Assembly (NCBI RefSeq): GCF_009914755.1
Contig: NC_060934.1
Reading direction: 5' to 3' (one strand)
Length of the DNA: 64,000 nt
Origin: the human T2T-CHM13v2.0 reference genome, Homo sapiens
Part shown: positions 1 to 14,010 of the stretch, piece after piece
How positions within the stretch are numbered: position 1 is the stretch's first letter
Layout: every line of letters begins with the position of its first letter
The notes under the pieces: model-generated
Seen by the model: the letters and a program-made list of their open reading frames with translations, nothing else
The model's database searches: none
Told to the model about the DNA's origin: nothing
Program-made: the position numbers and the translations under genes

Positions 1-1644
1 AAAGCATTTAGGGGGCAATTGACAGAGCAGGGGCTGCTGCACATAGTTTCCAGTCCCTGGCCATTCCACACCCATCCCTAACCCAAGCATTTTATGGCCA
101 GGACTGCAAAGAGCATTAGTTTTAAAAAAGAAATGAAAAAGAAACCAAAACACACATCCTGAAATATCATTCAAAAGCCCAAGAGTGAGTGGACCGTGGG
201 GCTGCCACAGCCGACCACCCGCCCTGGCCTGGGGTCCTTCGCAGGCAGAGCCAATTTCGGATCCACGGGTCATGGTCTTGTTGATGCTTCCGTGTGAAGG
301 GTCCTAGGAGTAACACTCAAAAAGACTGTGGATGTGAGCCCCTGGTGTACAAAGCAAAAGGTGTGGAGTACAAACATGCTGATGAAATTCACCTGCCCAC
401 AGCTGTGCTAGGCTTTACACAAGCAGATGCCATTTATTCAACATCAAAGGCCAGGCACTGGCCACATGCTTCTCAGAGACAGCATCATGTGGCATCCTCC
501 CAGCAACTCCATGAGAAAGAAGCTCTTATCACCCCCACTCCACAGAACTGATGCTCAGAAAGGTTAAGGGAAGAGTCAGTGCTTCTAATCTGCACAGCTA
601 CCCTGCCATTCTTTAGCAAAAGTGAAACATTTTACTCAAAGCCACCGTTGGTCTTGACCTTATGTGTTAATTTTAAGAGCCTAATTTCAGAAATAATTGC
701 TTCTCTCTGGTGTGCCCCACATACATGGTGGATGCTCATTGTTCCTCAAGGCATTGTGCCTCAGTGGGGTTAGCAGACGCAGAGTCACCCGAGAAATGCC
801 CATGCAGTCCCCTCCTGTCCAGCAGGCTGGACAAACCACCTGATTCTCCGCACCCTATTGCTTTCCATCCTTCCAGGCTCCCAGCAAACTCTAGGCCCCA
901 CCCCAGGTTTTATGATGTCTGCATGCATATGATGGCAAAAAAATATTTTCTACCAAAAGGGGGAGGAACAAAACTTAATAAGCAGATTTCCAGAGTGAGA
1001 TGTAACCCCTGGCTACAAAACAAAGCATTTCCCTTGGAGCATCTGCAACTCGTGATTCGGCTGAATCCACATGGCTCGTGGTCCTTCCTGTCAGTACTGG
1101 AGGTGGCCGAGAGGAGGGAGGAGTGGAGAAAGACTCCAGAGGTTGCTTTCTCAAACCAGGGGCTGGGGAGGAGCACTGCTCTCCAGCTCTGGCAGAGACA
1201 GACCGAGGAAAGTGATTCACCCATCTGTCACATGGGAGCTGCCAGTCACCCTGCTCTGTGCCTTGAAGTTGCGTTTGATAAAGATGAGGCACATCCTGGC
1301 CATAGCTGGAATTGATGCAACAGTGAAGTCTAAGGGAGCAAGGGCCTTGGAAAGGCATAGGGAAACTGAGGCCCAGGCTGGGACCAGACTCCTCCTTCCG
1401 TGCTCTTTCCACAACACTCATGCCTAAGTACACATAGCCATAGCAGTGGCTGCTTGCTGAATAGTCCTTGGGAGCTGCATAGGGAGTGTACCTACATGAT
1501 GCTTGGGCATCATACGGGATGTCGTCCCCGCTGCAAACTGGGTTAGCTGTGCCCTAAATCAGGTGCACAGTTTGCCTATAGGGTCCTTCACATGCTAGCC
1601 TGGTTCCAACCACATCTGACTGTTTCTGCCTCCTTCATCATCAG

Positions 1645-1680
1645 GGGGACAAAGGTGCCATTGGGATGCCTGGACGTGTG
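1645..1680 (+). CDS. COL13A1: Exon, 36 nt, GDKGAIGMPGRV (COL1)
   Basis: catcatcag|GGGGAC...CGTGTG|gtgagt; Gly-X-Y. Confidence 0.96.
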
Positions 1681-4173
1681 GTGAGTTGGCCCGTTTGTAC
1701 CTGCTCAGGTGGCCATTGCTTGCTTCTCCGTGCTGGCCTGTCCTCTAAACCATGGCAATGTGCTGTCTATCCCAGGCCCAAGGAGGGGGTCAGCACTTTC
1801 CCTTCCCCAAGCCCCAGTGTGCTTTAGGGAGGGACAAGAAAGGAGAAGGGAAGTTGTATTCCAGTCCTTCAGACCTCACAGTATGGCACTACTCTCCAGA
1901 GAGCTGCCACAGCAAAGGAAAAACCTAATAAAGTTGCATGAACAAAGCCCTTTGCCAGTCACCTGCTGGGAACGGCAGGAACAAACTGAGCCTCGACATT
2001 GGGAGGACTGCCACTCCGCCCCCCAAAGCTGGCAGCTCACCCTTAGATTCACAGCTGCTCCTGCAACCACCCCTCGGTGGAGCCAGGGTTCCCAGGGGCC
2101 TTCTCTGTAGACAGAGATGCACTAAGAGATGGTGAAGACAGGGCTTGGTCCCAGGTGGCACCTCCAAGTCCTCACGAGGAGGCTGAGAGTTAAAACATTC
2201 CTGTTTCTTGCAGGAAAGTGAAGATAGAGAAGGGGAGATGAGAACGTTTGATGGAGAGGGTGTTTCCCAGAAATGGGAAGGCCAGCCTCAGCCCCTGAGT
2301 GTCTACAAAGGGCTATAAAGGCAGTAGTCTAAGGCAGTGATGGCCATGCCCCACCCTCACCACTCCCCAGCCTGGGCTAGGACAGTGGCCTCAGCCACTC
2401 TCCCCATGTGACTCCTAACTTCCCATCAACCTCTGCCTCACCTGGCTCCCCAGGACCCCTGACCACCCCCATGTCATTCTCAGCTTTGCCTCAGAATCTC
2501 ATGGGATTGGCTGTAGGAGTGGGTGTAGCATCCTTGTGTGAATTTGCTTGCCTGGTGTGAGTCTGCCGGTGCTCAGAGGTTGAGAAAAGGCATCCAAATG
2601 ATAGCTGACCCTTGCTAGTGCTAACTGCTTGCTGGCGTTGTGCTAAGAGCCTTATGTTAGCTTACTCAGACTTCACAAGAACTGCATGAGGTAGACATGG
2701 TTTCCACCCCTACTCTTCCGATGAGAAAACCAAGGCTCAGAAGCTAACTGTCCTTCCCAAGGTCGCACAGTCAGGAAGTGGCTGAGCAGAAATCTGAACT
2801 CAGACAGCCCAACTCCAAACCTGCGCTCTTGATCCTGACAATATTACTACTCCCCACTAACCACCCACCCCCACTGGCCTTGCAGCTCTGAGGAGGGTCT
2901 GATCCTTAGAATGAAGCCCCAGAGGCCTGGGATATTTCAGAGTTCAGGGCAAGTGTTCCATGTCACAGAGCTTTGCTCTCCCCAGCGCCCACCTAAGGCC
3001 TGTCTATGGAGGCATGCGGGCTGGGAGCCCTGGGCCGCCCCACGAGAAGCTCTCCCACCACTTCCCAGAGCAGAGCACAGTGGAATTGCTGCCCGGCCCT
3101 GTCTGTTTTCTTCCGTTCTCTAACTCCAGATCCTGAGTCCTCCCAAGCCGTCACAGGCTCTGTACAGAGCAGGGAAACGTGATTCAACCATCCTTTCCCA
3201 AGGGCCTGCGCATGTGGACCTGAGCCAGTCACCTGCGTCACCATAGCCCTCTGAGCCCCTGTCTTCCAAATGAAGATGTTGAGACTCACTGCACCCAAAA
3301 TAGGGTGGAGTTGGGTTTTGTGCCCAAGCCAACTGTGGGACCCCAAAGTCCCTGCTCCCAGGGAAGCTTCAGGAGCCTCTCCCCTGAGTGCAGAGACAGG
3401 CCCACAGGGAAGGCTGCAAAATGCAAAGTGGCAGCTCTGGGCCTTCCCGTCCTGTCCGTCCTGTCCTCCTTCTTGGGCCCTGTGGACACCTCCTCCCAGG
3501 AAGTGTCCACACTTCCCTCCCATAGCAGTGGGGGTAGAAGGAGGGGAGCTGCAGGAGGTCTCCCTACTTCCTTCTTAGCAGGTCTATTTTCAAGCTACTC
3601 TGGCTGCTGGTGCTATTTTAAATGAGACAATGGGCCCATTTGGCTGCCCATTAGGGGTCCTGGCATGAGCCACCTGATAAGCAGTGAGGTGGCCAGTAGG
3701 TGTGACATGCCTGGGTCATCCCTGGGGTTGACCAGAAGTGGCCCCACTGGCCTGTCCAGAGCAGGGTGGATTGGGACTGTCCATCTACTGGTCACTGTTG
3801 TTACAAGGGACCCTTGGCCGCCTAACCAGCCTCCTCTGCATCACTGACCCGTGCTCCGTTCTTCCAGAGGTGTGTGTCCTGCCTTCTGGCCTCCTGTGAT
3901 TCTCCACGCCCCCTCCCTCCACCTTGCCCGGCCAGGTCCAAGGACTCCAGGCTTGTCTAGCTTGGCAAAGCTTTGTTCTTGGTGTTCAGCTGGACCTGCA
4001 AACCTCCTAGACACCAGCATCACAACACAGTCCTGGGGCAATTCCCCCGATCCCCACCCCAACCTCAGAGTGTCCTGGCCAGCTGGGGCCATGGCTTCTG
4101 GGGAGGATTTCCTGACTTAGGTGGGATCTTGTTCTCTTTTCTCTATCTCTGTCTCTCTCCCATTGTCTGGCTT

Positions 4174-4183
4174 TCTCTCTCTC

Positions 4184-4265
<82 letters not shown>
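4174..4265. repeat. Compound (CT)n(CA)n microsatellite
   Basis: Direct reading of the dinucleotide runs. Confidence 0.97.
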
Positions 4266-4267
<2 letters not shown>

Positions 4268-4557
4268 ACGTGCCTCAAGAGGGCCTCTTACGGCCCCAGC
4301 CACTGTTTCTCAGTTATCTGGAGCAGCTGCACATTGCAGCAGCGCCTTCCACATGCCACATGCTGTGCTTGTTGGACGTGGACCTGCCATGTGTCGACAT
4401 CTGTGTTTTGCTTTGTTTCTTATTTCACAGTGATTTCTTCTGTTTGGTTGTTGTGCTATGAACATGGATTCTCGTGTGGGTGCCTCTTTCTCATCCCCTC
4501 TTTTTTCTCTCCCCTCCTTTCCCTTCCTGCACCCTGTGTTGCATGTGGCTGCCCCAG

Positions 4558-4584
4558 GGAGTAAAGGGCCAACCAGGCGAGAAG
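4558..4584 (+). CDS. COL13A1: Exon, 27 nt, GVKGQPGEK (COL1, probably alternative)
   Basis: gccccag|GGAGTA...GAGAAG|gtgagt; three Gly-X-Y triplets after a long pyrimidine tract. Confidence 0.92.
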
Positions 4585-4994
4585 GTGAGTCCACACTTTC
4601 CCCTTCTGCCCTGCACCCAGCCTCCTCCTCCAGGTGGACTCTTGATGGGAGGCTCTCAGCCCTCCCCCCCATGAAAGCCGCAGCAGAGGGTGCTGGCTGG
4701 GCCTGCTGCCCTCACTGCCTCTCACGGCCCCGTTTCCTAACAGCTTCCATAACATCGGGCAGCAGTCTTGGGATTCCTGGGCGGCGGTCCCAGCTTTCCC
4801 AGCTGAGGAGGTCTTCCCTGCCTTGCCCTGCCCTGACAGCATGAGGCCTCATCGCTCTGGCCAATCGCTATTTTGTGTAGCTGGAACTGCCCAGGGGGAC
4901 CCCCGAGGCTATGGAATAGAGCCCCCCTGGGAAGTCAGAAATCCAGAAGCCATCCTGGAACATCAGCCCTGGGGGGTTCTTGAGAGATTTCTGA

Positions 4995-5299
<305 letters not shown>

Positions 5300-7021
5300 A
5301 AGCACAACACTTCTAAAGAGTTCACTCTGCAGGTGAGGAAACTCATCTGATGCCCAAGGAAGGAGCAGGGCTGGCCCAAGATGGCACAGCAATAGTGATG
5401 AGCAGGGGCTCCAAGCCAGACCTCCCGGTGCCCGGCTCTGTACTTCCCTGTCTGTAATGCAGTATTTCTGCAATAGTTTCCCATCTCCAAAATAACAATC
5501 TCAACAATTATAATACAGTTGCCATGTATTAAACACAAATTGTGTCAGGTGCGGGTTTAAGTATTTTGTCTGTTTTCCCAACTAGCACTGACATAACCTT
5601 TTCAGGGAAGCTTTAATATTCTCATTTACACGAGGCACAGAGAGGCCAAGTCACATGCCCTGGGTCACACAGCTAGAATGTGACAGAGATGGAGAGGTGC
5701 CCCAGTGTGTCTGACTCCAAGGCTGGGGCTCCTAGCTACCATGCTATTCTGTCCTCGTATTGGAACTAGACTGTCAGCTCCACATTGGCATGAGGCTAAA
5801 CTGCCTAGGAGAAAGACACATGACCCCTTCCATGTACCAGGCATTGTTTTAAGTACTTTACATTATCACATGACATCTTCACATCCACCCTATGAGACAG
5901 GCGCTATCTGTATCCTTACAGATGAGAAGACAGGCACGGGGACATTAAGTCGCTTGCCCAAGGTCACACAGCTGGTGGGTAGCAGAGCTGATCTTCAGAC
6001 CCAAGCATTCTGGCTCTTAACCATGACACTACACCGCCTTGTATAAAAATTATTGTATCATTGCCATGACATAAACAGTTACTAACTTGAAATCATCCCT
6101 CGCCTGCCTGTAAGGTATGACGTTTTCCAAAATGCGTTTCCCGTAAGGGCAACAGAGCCGCTCTCAGCATTCCTGTTCCCAGAGGAGGTATGTGGGCTCA
6201 GAGAGGTTTTGTGACTTTTCCTGGCAGAGTAGGACCTTGAACTTAGGGACACACACACGCACACATGGCACTTGTCTAGCTAGCTCAGCCACCCTTGACA
6301 GCACTTTGAGCTCATCATTCAGCAGCATCTGCCTTCCTCTCAGAGCTGACATTCTGCCCTGGCCTTCACCCCTCCATGTCATTCTGAAACCGGGACTAGG
6401 GAATTTGAGGCAGCTCAACCTTTCAGGGTCAGGGATGCTGAGTTCACACAGCACGCATGTTGCTCGTGTCCCCCTCCTCTGTTTTCACAGTCCCATTCTC
6501 GGGCAGGTCACTGTTCAGCAGTTGCAGGGTGTGCGGCCAGATGGGTATTTGCGGAGGGGGAGCTGGAAAGCATCCTGGGCTGGGCCGGGGAGAGACTCAG
6601 GCCTGGGCAGCCTTGCTAAGTCTCCCCTCTCTCCCTGTGTCTCCCTGTTTCCCGCCACTCCAATGGATCCTGTTCTTCTCGCTTCCCCGGCCTGGGGTCC
6701 CACCACCCTGTCTCCCCGGAACCCCATGTCCTGTGTTCTCACTGACACCTCTTCTCCTTTCCCTCCTGCTGCTTCCCCCTACTACCTGCCCTTCCCAACC
6801 CATTCTGAATGCTCCCTCCTTGCCCCTGTGCCCTCTGTGTTGACTCTGCTGATCCCCTCGTGGCCCTCCACGTCCCCTGGCATCCCTCTCCTGTCCCATG
6901 GGGCCGGCCTCCTGCTCCTGGCCCCCTGCCAGCTCCTTCCCTTTGGTTCCTCTCTTTCCCGCTCCTCTTCTCCATACCTCCCTGCCCCTCGCTCCCTCTC
7001 CCCCTTCCTCTCTCCCCGCAG

Positions 7022-7072
7022 GGGTCCCCCGGAGACGCTGGGCTGTCCATCATTGGTCCCCGCGGCCCCCCT
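7022..7072 (+). CDS. COL13A1: Exon, 51 nt, GSPGDAGLSIIGPRGPP
   Basis: ccccgcag|GGGTCC...CCCCCT|gtaagt. Confidence 0.96.
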
Positions 7073-8279
7073 GTAAGTTGTTTTTGCTCTTCCTCGGGGT
7101 GTTGGGGGGATGGGTGAGTTGATGAAAAGGGCTTTTAGGCTGGGGATGAGGGGACAGCGAGGGCGGCTGTGCCCCTGGGTGGGGAGGCCACCGCATGTGA
7201 TGTGGTCAGCCCAGCCAGGCCTCGGGTGCCGATGTTGATGTTAAGGAAAGTGGTCTGGCTAAATATACCTAAATTACAGTCCCTTGGGAGGGTTCTGAGG
7301 GACCTGCCCTCTAGCCACGAAACTACAGCAGCTGCAAGGCGGCCCTGCTGTTTACAGACAGAAGGGAGAAAGGGCTCGCTCTCCTCCGGATGGGGTGATC
7401 CGGCTTTCCCGGGAACCAGCCTTTGTTTCTGGAAGCCCATGGAGCAGATACGAGTCCGGGTTCACTGACCCAGGCACGCACTACTGGTCTTGCCGGAGGG
7501 CCAGCCCACACTCACCCTCACAGATGCCTCTGTGTGCAGTGCTGGGTCCTGTGTGTTCACTAGCACCCTCCACCCCGTGGCTGGGAGCTTGAGAAAACCA
7601 GCGAGGCTCCCCTCACATGTGCTTCCTTAGGGACCAAAACAGGGGTGTGGGTGATGAAGCCAGCAAGATATCGAGGCTGTGGGAGGAAGGGCTTGTTATT
7701 TTCCCAGAGCCCTGAACCACGGGGCTTTAATAAAATCACCACACGTCAGGGTGGAAAGGATCCCAGGGATGGTCTAACACAGCCCTCTCAGAAGGGGAAA
7801 CTGAGGCTCAGAGAGGGGGAGCGCCCTCCCGTGTAGAGGCTGGGCAGGATTAGAACCGAGGAGCCCCGGCCTCACCACAGCAGCAGGCCGCCGGCTCCAC
7901 CTTCTGCACTTTTCCTGACCCGCCGTGCTCAGTGAGGGGTGGGAGCAGAGGGCTAGCCTCTGGGAGACTGAGACCCACAGCAGAGGGAGAGGGGCCAGAG
8001 AATGAATGGCTAACTTACATCCAAGGGAGGGGGCCTGCAGTGAGATGAACAGCCAAGCGAGGGGTTGTGGCGAGTGCAGGGAGCTGAAAGGTAGAGCCAG
8101 TTTGAGAAGGAGAGCAGGGGCAGGAGAGCCAGGCTGGCAGACATGTCAGGGGCTGGGTCGGAGGCAGAACTTGAGTGGCCCTGGGCTGAGTAGCATGGCC
8201 TTTACAGCAAGGTTTTCTTCTGGGTTCAGACCATAATGACCACGCTTAACACTTCCTCTGTGGTGGTCTTATCTTAAGA

Positions 8280-8410
8280 CTTTTACACGTATTCACTCAC
8301 TTAATCCTCACAAGGACTCCATGACATAGGGACTGTGATCACCTCCATTTTACAGATGAGGAAACTGAGGCACAGAGAGGCTGAGTGACTTGCCCAGAGC
8401 CATAGGGCTG
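8280..8410 (-). mobile_element. MIR SINE (representative; similar cores near 2.7, 5.6, 5.9, 12.8, 17.4, 18.3 and 37.9 kb)
   Basis: MIR core ttttacagatgaggaaactgaggcacagagagg. Confidence 0.85.
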
Positions 8411-9959
8411 GCACATGGCTACACTGGTAGCTGATCATTCAGCCAGACCATCTGGCTCCAGTCTGCTTCTGGTTCCTGCTGCAGTCATAGACGGGCCAGG
8501 CCTGATGTCACTGTCGCATGTGCTCCTGGGCTCACACGGTGGCTGCCCCGATGGGCTTCAAGCCTCCTGTGTCCTGGAGGAGGTGCAGCACCAATGCCCT
8601 GGCCAAATTGGTCCTGATGAAGGTGGTGATGGGAAGGTCATAGAAACAGAAGACAGGCTCCCAGGTTCTAACATCGAGGACTGAGCCCGGTGTGTTAGGA
8701 GGACAGGGGAGTAACACAGCATACAGGCCCTACCCTATGCTGCCATCTCCGTCTGCCTTCTGGTCTGGCTACTGATGTTCTATTGTGTGGATCCTGCTGG
8801 TCCTCTCACACCCTTTCAGCAAATTATGTCAACAGGCTACCAAAAAGTTATTGAAAACCTCCACTGCTGTAGGTGTGTTCAGGGCAGTAGAGCCTCTGCT
8901 CCTCCCGGCCTCTGCCCAGCATGGATAACCTAATCAGAAACATATCTACTGCACTGGATTTGACTCCAGTAGTGAAAAGCACCTTCTGCTCAGGTAGCAA
9001 TGACAGCTTCTGTTTCCCAGGCACCTGTCACATAATAGGTCTCCTTCACAGCTGTGAGGCAGGCCCCACCAGCCCATTTTACAGAGGAGAGAACAGTTTC
9101 CTAACTCGCCTGTGGTCACCCAGCTAGTAAGTTCTGGAGCTTGGGTTTGGCCAGGTTATCCTCATCCCAAAGCCTGCATTCTTGCCTCAATACCCTGTTC
9201 CATGTTTGAAACGCTACGTTTAAAATGATATTTACTTCAGGAGAAAAAAGTCCTCCAGGTGGGTGCCTACATTGGCACCAGGAAAGGTTTTATCATACCA
9301 GGAGTCTTAACGAAGCCCAGCATCCTCTGACTTTGGCCCCCATCACCCAGTGGCTCGAGCTATCCCTGCTGAGTCCCCACTACAGCACGGGCAGCCCCCT
9401 CAGCTCCTTCCAGGAAGCTGCCCTGAGCTAATGGGAGCAGGGACGGGGGAAGACAAAGGGTCCATTTGTCATTAAGGGGTAGAAGTCAAGTGGGCACCCT
9501 TGGTGGCAGCCAGGGATGATGGAGAACATGAAACTTTCCACTCAGCCAGGAAGGGTCCAGCATAGATGCTGCTAATAAGAACCAGCCTTGCCACTCTTAG
9601 GGGCCACCTGCCTCCCCTCTTGGAGTTTGATAAATGGTCCAAGCAAAGGGAGAACCCTCCAAGCACTTTGGAGGAGGGTTCACTTTCTAATGAAGTGAGC
9701 TGGAATACAGTGTTGGGGCACGTTGACTTTAAGGGAGGCTCAGTAAATCGAGGGGGAGCCTGGACCTCCAAGATGCTGGCTGGCCCAGCAGGCCCTGGGC
9801 AGAGGATCTGCCAGTCCTAGGAAATGCCCTACCTCAAAGTGTGCCCATTCCCTCTCTGAGCTCTCCAGCTTCTCTTCTGGGGCGAGGAGATATCTGAACT
9901 TCCAGTCCTCATCCACTAGGAGCCACCCCACACCAGGTAGACACACCTACTGAGTGTGT

Positions 9960-10680
9960 CTCAATTCACTCCATTCATATTTGTTAAGAGCCCAGTGCCT
10001 GCTAGGTGCTGCGTAGAAACCTGACCTCTGTCAGCTTGCCCTCTGGGCACATGATCTAGTGGGTGACACCAGTGATCACATAATCCATGACAATGCAGAC
10101 AGCAAGTGCTAAGCCAGGGGATGGTTAGAGAGCTGTGGGACAAGGAGGAGGAACCAGCCTTGTGGAAGGAGGGCAGGCAGGGAAGGTTTCCTGGAGGAGG
10201 GGATAATAACTGCAGTCAAGGACCCATGAGAAGCCCTTACATTATGGTCAGGGGTTGGGCTTTGTCCTGAGGGTGTGAAGAGCCTGTAGGTTGTGTTAGG
10301 CTGACGTGGGACATGACCAGATTTGCAGTTTACAAGGTTGTAGAAGGTCCAGCATGCAGCATGTTTAGAAGAGACTGCAGTGGGAGGCTGGCTGGAAGGC
10401 ACTTGCAACAACCAAGGCCTGGACTGGAGCAGAATCGGTGGGGCTGGCCAGGAGGGCTAGACTTGCAAGCTATTTTAGAGGTGGAATTGAAGGATTTCGT
10501 GATGATAAAAAATAAGGATTGAGGGAGAAGCAAGAACTCAAGATGACACCACATTTCTGACTTGAGTAACACAGTACTCTTTCCCAGAAGGAAGAGCAGA
10601 TTTTGCCAGGGGAGATGAGTTGAATTTGAGTGTGATGAGTTAGAGATGCCGTAAAGTCCAATGGGAACTGTCATCTGCTG
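9960..10680 (-). mobile_element. Degraded L2 LINE 3' fragment
   Basis: Resembles the L2 3' end (cattcatatttgttaagagccc...gtgct); boundaries approximate. Confidence 0.55.
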
Positions 10681-10694
10681 CTGGAAGTCAGAGC

Positions 10695-10906
10695 ATGTGG
10701 TCTGCTGGAGCTGTCTTGGACGGCTGGCAAGAGTGGACCATGCACACCTCACCTCCTCCCAGCTGCTTTCAGTGACCTCATGTTGGTAGCTTGAAATCGG
10801 CTATGGTGGGTGTATTTATACCACAGACATTGGCAGGTGCTCTATGAGGCAGGGCTCTCCTCTCCACCCTCCCCCACTCAGCTAATGGTTAAACATTTGC
10901 CGGCAA
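10695..10906 (-). mobile_element. MER63-like hAT DNA transposon
   Basis: gttggtagcttgaaatcggctatggtgggtgtattta...gttaaacatttgccggca resembles the recalled MER63 consensus. Confidence 0.65.
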
Positions 10907-11319
10907 GGAGTCTTGTTGGTGAGGGAGGCAGAATGAGGCTGCCCCTGGGCAGAGACACAACTGACCATCTCTCAAGGGTCAAATAAGAGAAGGGAGACTT
11001 CTTGGTAGGCTTTTTCCAACAAGAATCTTCTGTCTGTGTATTTGCAAGTAGGAGAAAGACAGGGAGGAGTAGACATAGGGGTCTGCTTTCAGAAGTGGGG
11101 ACCTCCTTCGGCTCCCTTTTCACTCTGACCTTGAATTAAGGGAGAAGATTTCAGAGATCAATGTAAAGCTTATTTCCCTTGTTCTTGTTCAGAAGGATGT
11201 AATATTAATCCATGAATTAATGTACAAATACATCTATTTTGTATACATTTAATGTGATCCTAATCCCTGTGCGTGTCTTATGAGGTTGGAAATCCAACGA
11301 AATTCTACTAGATATCAAA

Positions 11320-11960
11320 ATGTATTACAAAAACAGGACAATCTAAGTAAACACATGAACAGAACAGAATGGGGAGGCCAGGAATAAAGCCAAATGCATG
11401 TGTCAATCTGGTACATGATCAAGGCTTCATTTCACAATAGGAAGAGAAAGCTCAATTGTTCAAGAAATGACGCTGGGACAACCAATAAGCCAGTTAGTAA
11501 AAGGTAAAATGAAAGACAGTTGTTTGGTTTTTTTATTATTAAAGCCAATTTATTCATTATATTGGAATAAATTCCAACGAGCGAAATACTTAGATATAAA
11601 ACCTGAAACTGTAAAATACAAGGACAAAGCATGAGTGAACATTTTATAATTCTGAAACTGGGGAAGGCCCTTTTAAACATGACACAAAACCCAAAAGCCA
11701 TAGGAGAAGATTAAGTTTGTCTGTAGAAATATAAAACACACCAGAAACAAAATAAATGCCAAATGCCAAATTAGAAAGAATAATCATGACAAATATGACT
11801 ATCAAAGAGTTATTTTTCTTGACAAAGTGCTTCACTCAAATCAGCAGGAAAAAAACAACCTACTAGAAAACATTGGTAAAGAAACAGGCAGAGAAATATT
11901 GGAAGAGATGTCTAACCTCAGGATATAATTGAAGAGACATAAATTAAAGTGCAGTTCCAA
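11320..11960 (+). mobile_element. Old L1M fragment (ORF2 3' region)
   Basis: A-rich; L1-like motifs (aaatgacgctgggacaac, catgacacaaaacccaaaagccata). Confidence 0.7.
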
Positions 11961-13974
11961 GTCTCACCACATGCCTTTCCCAGGCCCAGCCCCTCCAGAA
12001 AGTGGTGTCCCAGTTTCCACTTGGTCCGTGACAACATTCTTCCCCAGATCTCTGAAAAAGCCTTGGTTAGCCCTGGATTTGATCCTGGTTGGAGACATGC
12101 ATCCTGCTACCAGGGCAGGCTCTGTAATTAACAAACTGTGTGATTATCCCTACCACGTAAACATTGTCCCTAGCGGGATGGAAGATGTTTCTTGGAATCC
12201 TCTCCTCCTGACCTTTTCTTCAGGCCTCTTGGTGTGCAGAGTAGTTTACAGAAAGTTTACACTGGGAGGCTTCAGAGATGACATTGTGTGGTTTCCGGGT
12301 TTTCTCCTTGTTTTATTCTTAGCATCACTTATCCTTGAGAGGAGAAAAGCCAGGGGCCCTTCCGATAGATGAGTGGGATCTCCTCCCTCGTGCCCTTTTG
12401 GTTGGCTGCCACAAGCCCATCCTAAGCCTGTGGCAGACTTCAACTCACTCCCTGTTGAACCAGCGCACCCACCCTGATGGCAGGGTGCCCATCCTACCCA
12501 GCTGACGTGTTCCCTGAGCACAGGCCACTGGACACTTATATTCGTGGCTTCAGGGAGGACCCTAGCAGCCTGGAGATGTTTTAGGGTCATAGCATGTGAA
12601 TCCAGAGAAATCTTCTGGAGAGGATCTGATTCTAAAACTGCTGCTTGACAAGGACAAACTTTCATTGATCACAAGACATATTGGGCTCAAAAGCAACCTT
12701 GCTCTATTCTGGAGCTTCCCTGTTCAGTTCAGTTCAACAAGTGTCTGATGATGGCAGCTACCATTTCAATAGGCTTTACAAACATAATTAAATGTAATTT
12801 GATGATCCTATGAGGTTATACTGTTACCTCTATTCTATAGATGAGGAAACTGAGGCTCTGGGAGGTTAGACAACTTGCTGAGGGTCACACAGTCATAGTC
12901 GGAGGCAGGATTAGAATTTAGTCTGCCAGTCTAGAAAGCCCATGCCTGGGAAGAGATTCTGGCTGTGTCAGCCAAAGGAGACCCCAGGCTGAGAACTGGG
13001 CATGTTTGTTTGGTGGTGAACGGCGGGTGAGCCAGTGTGTCTGAGCATGGAATAGATGGAAAGATGTGGCAGGAAAGGAAACTAATATGGTTGATGGGGA
13101 TGGGATTGAGGGATGGCCTTGAACATGGTAGAAAGGAGCCTTTGCTGGTTCTTGAGAGGGAGAGTGACAAGACTCACGTTTCTTAGCTCTCCATCACCCC
13201 TGACCACCTGGCCATCCCTCCTCAGCCCTGCATCATCACAGCCTTGTGCTTCTTCTAATCTCATCACATCCCCTTTGTCCTGAATCTTGATCATAAACCA
13301 CTGGATCATAAATCACTGTGGTCAGTGAACCTGCTTCTAGTCTCCGTCCTAAATATTTATTTATGTTGCACTCTGCACCTCCAGGAAAATAGGCATAGAT
13401 TGCTCTGCATCCCACAAAGATTAGGGGATGCTCAGAGATTGCCCAACTGCTAGGAGAAGCCTGCTGGCTAGAGTGAGAGGAACAGGAGCAATCTGACTAG
13501 TCTAGCCTGAAAACACACATTTTGAAGGTCAGGTTCTGATATCCAAGCCATCCTTAGATAAGTGGCCATGAGCAATGACTGTGTAAATAAAAAAGGGCTT
13601 AGAGGATCGCCGTCCAGGAGTTCCATGTGCTGCGGGCTGAGTCTCCGCTGGCCCCACTGTCCCATGCGTTTGTTTACAAGCCATGCATCCACAGCGGTGA
13701 GGAGCTCTCCAGGAGCCACTTCCCAGAAGTAGACCCAGAGGATGCTGGCCCCTTCCTGTTCCTTTCCCACCCCCAGCCCCTGCAGGAGATTTCCTATGAT
13801 GTTCCATTTCATCTTTCTCCATCTTCCCTCCCAACCCACTAACCACAGTGAGTGTCCCCCAAGGACGATCACACAAAGTGAGAGGGATGGGAGCAAAGAT
13901 GAACTGGAGGCCTAGGGATTGGCTCTGTCTCCTCCTTGCTCAATCTCATGTGTCTCTTGTTTTTTTTTTTTCAG

Positions 13975-14010
13975 GGTCAACCAGGAACTAGAGGTTTCCC
14001 TGGATTTCCG
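13975..14010 (+). CDS. COL13A1: Exon, 36 nt, GQPGTRGFPGFP
   Basis: T-run-cag|GGTCAA...TTTCCG|gtaagt. Confidence 0.97.

Noticed and set aside
3580-3645. MEF2-like CTATTTT sites and palindromic AATGGGCCCATT (SOX dimer-like)
   Set aside because: None matches the full consensus; insufficient support
6192-7076. 294-aa ORF, the longest in the track
   Set aside because: Pro/Ser/Leu-rich by-product of the pyrimidine-rich intron; out of frame with the real exon at 7022; non-ATG start
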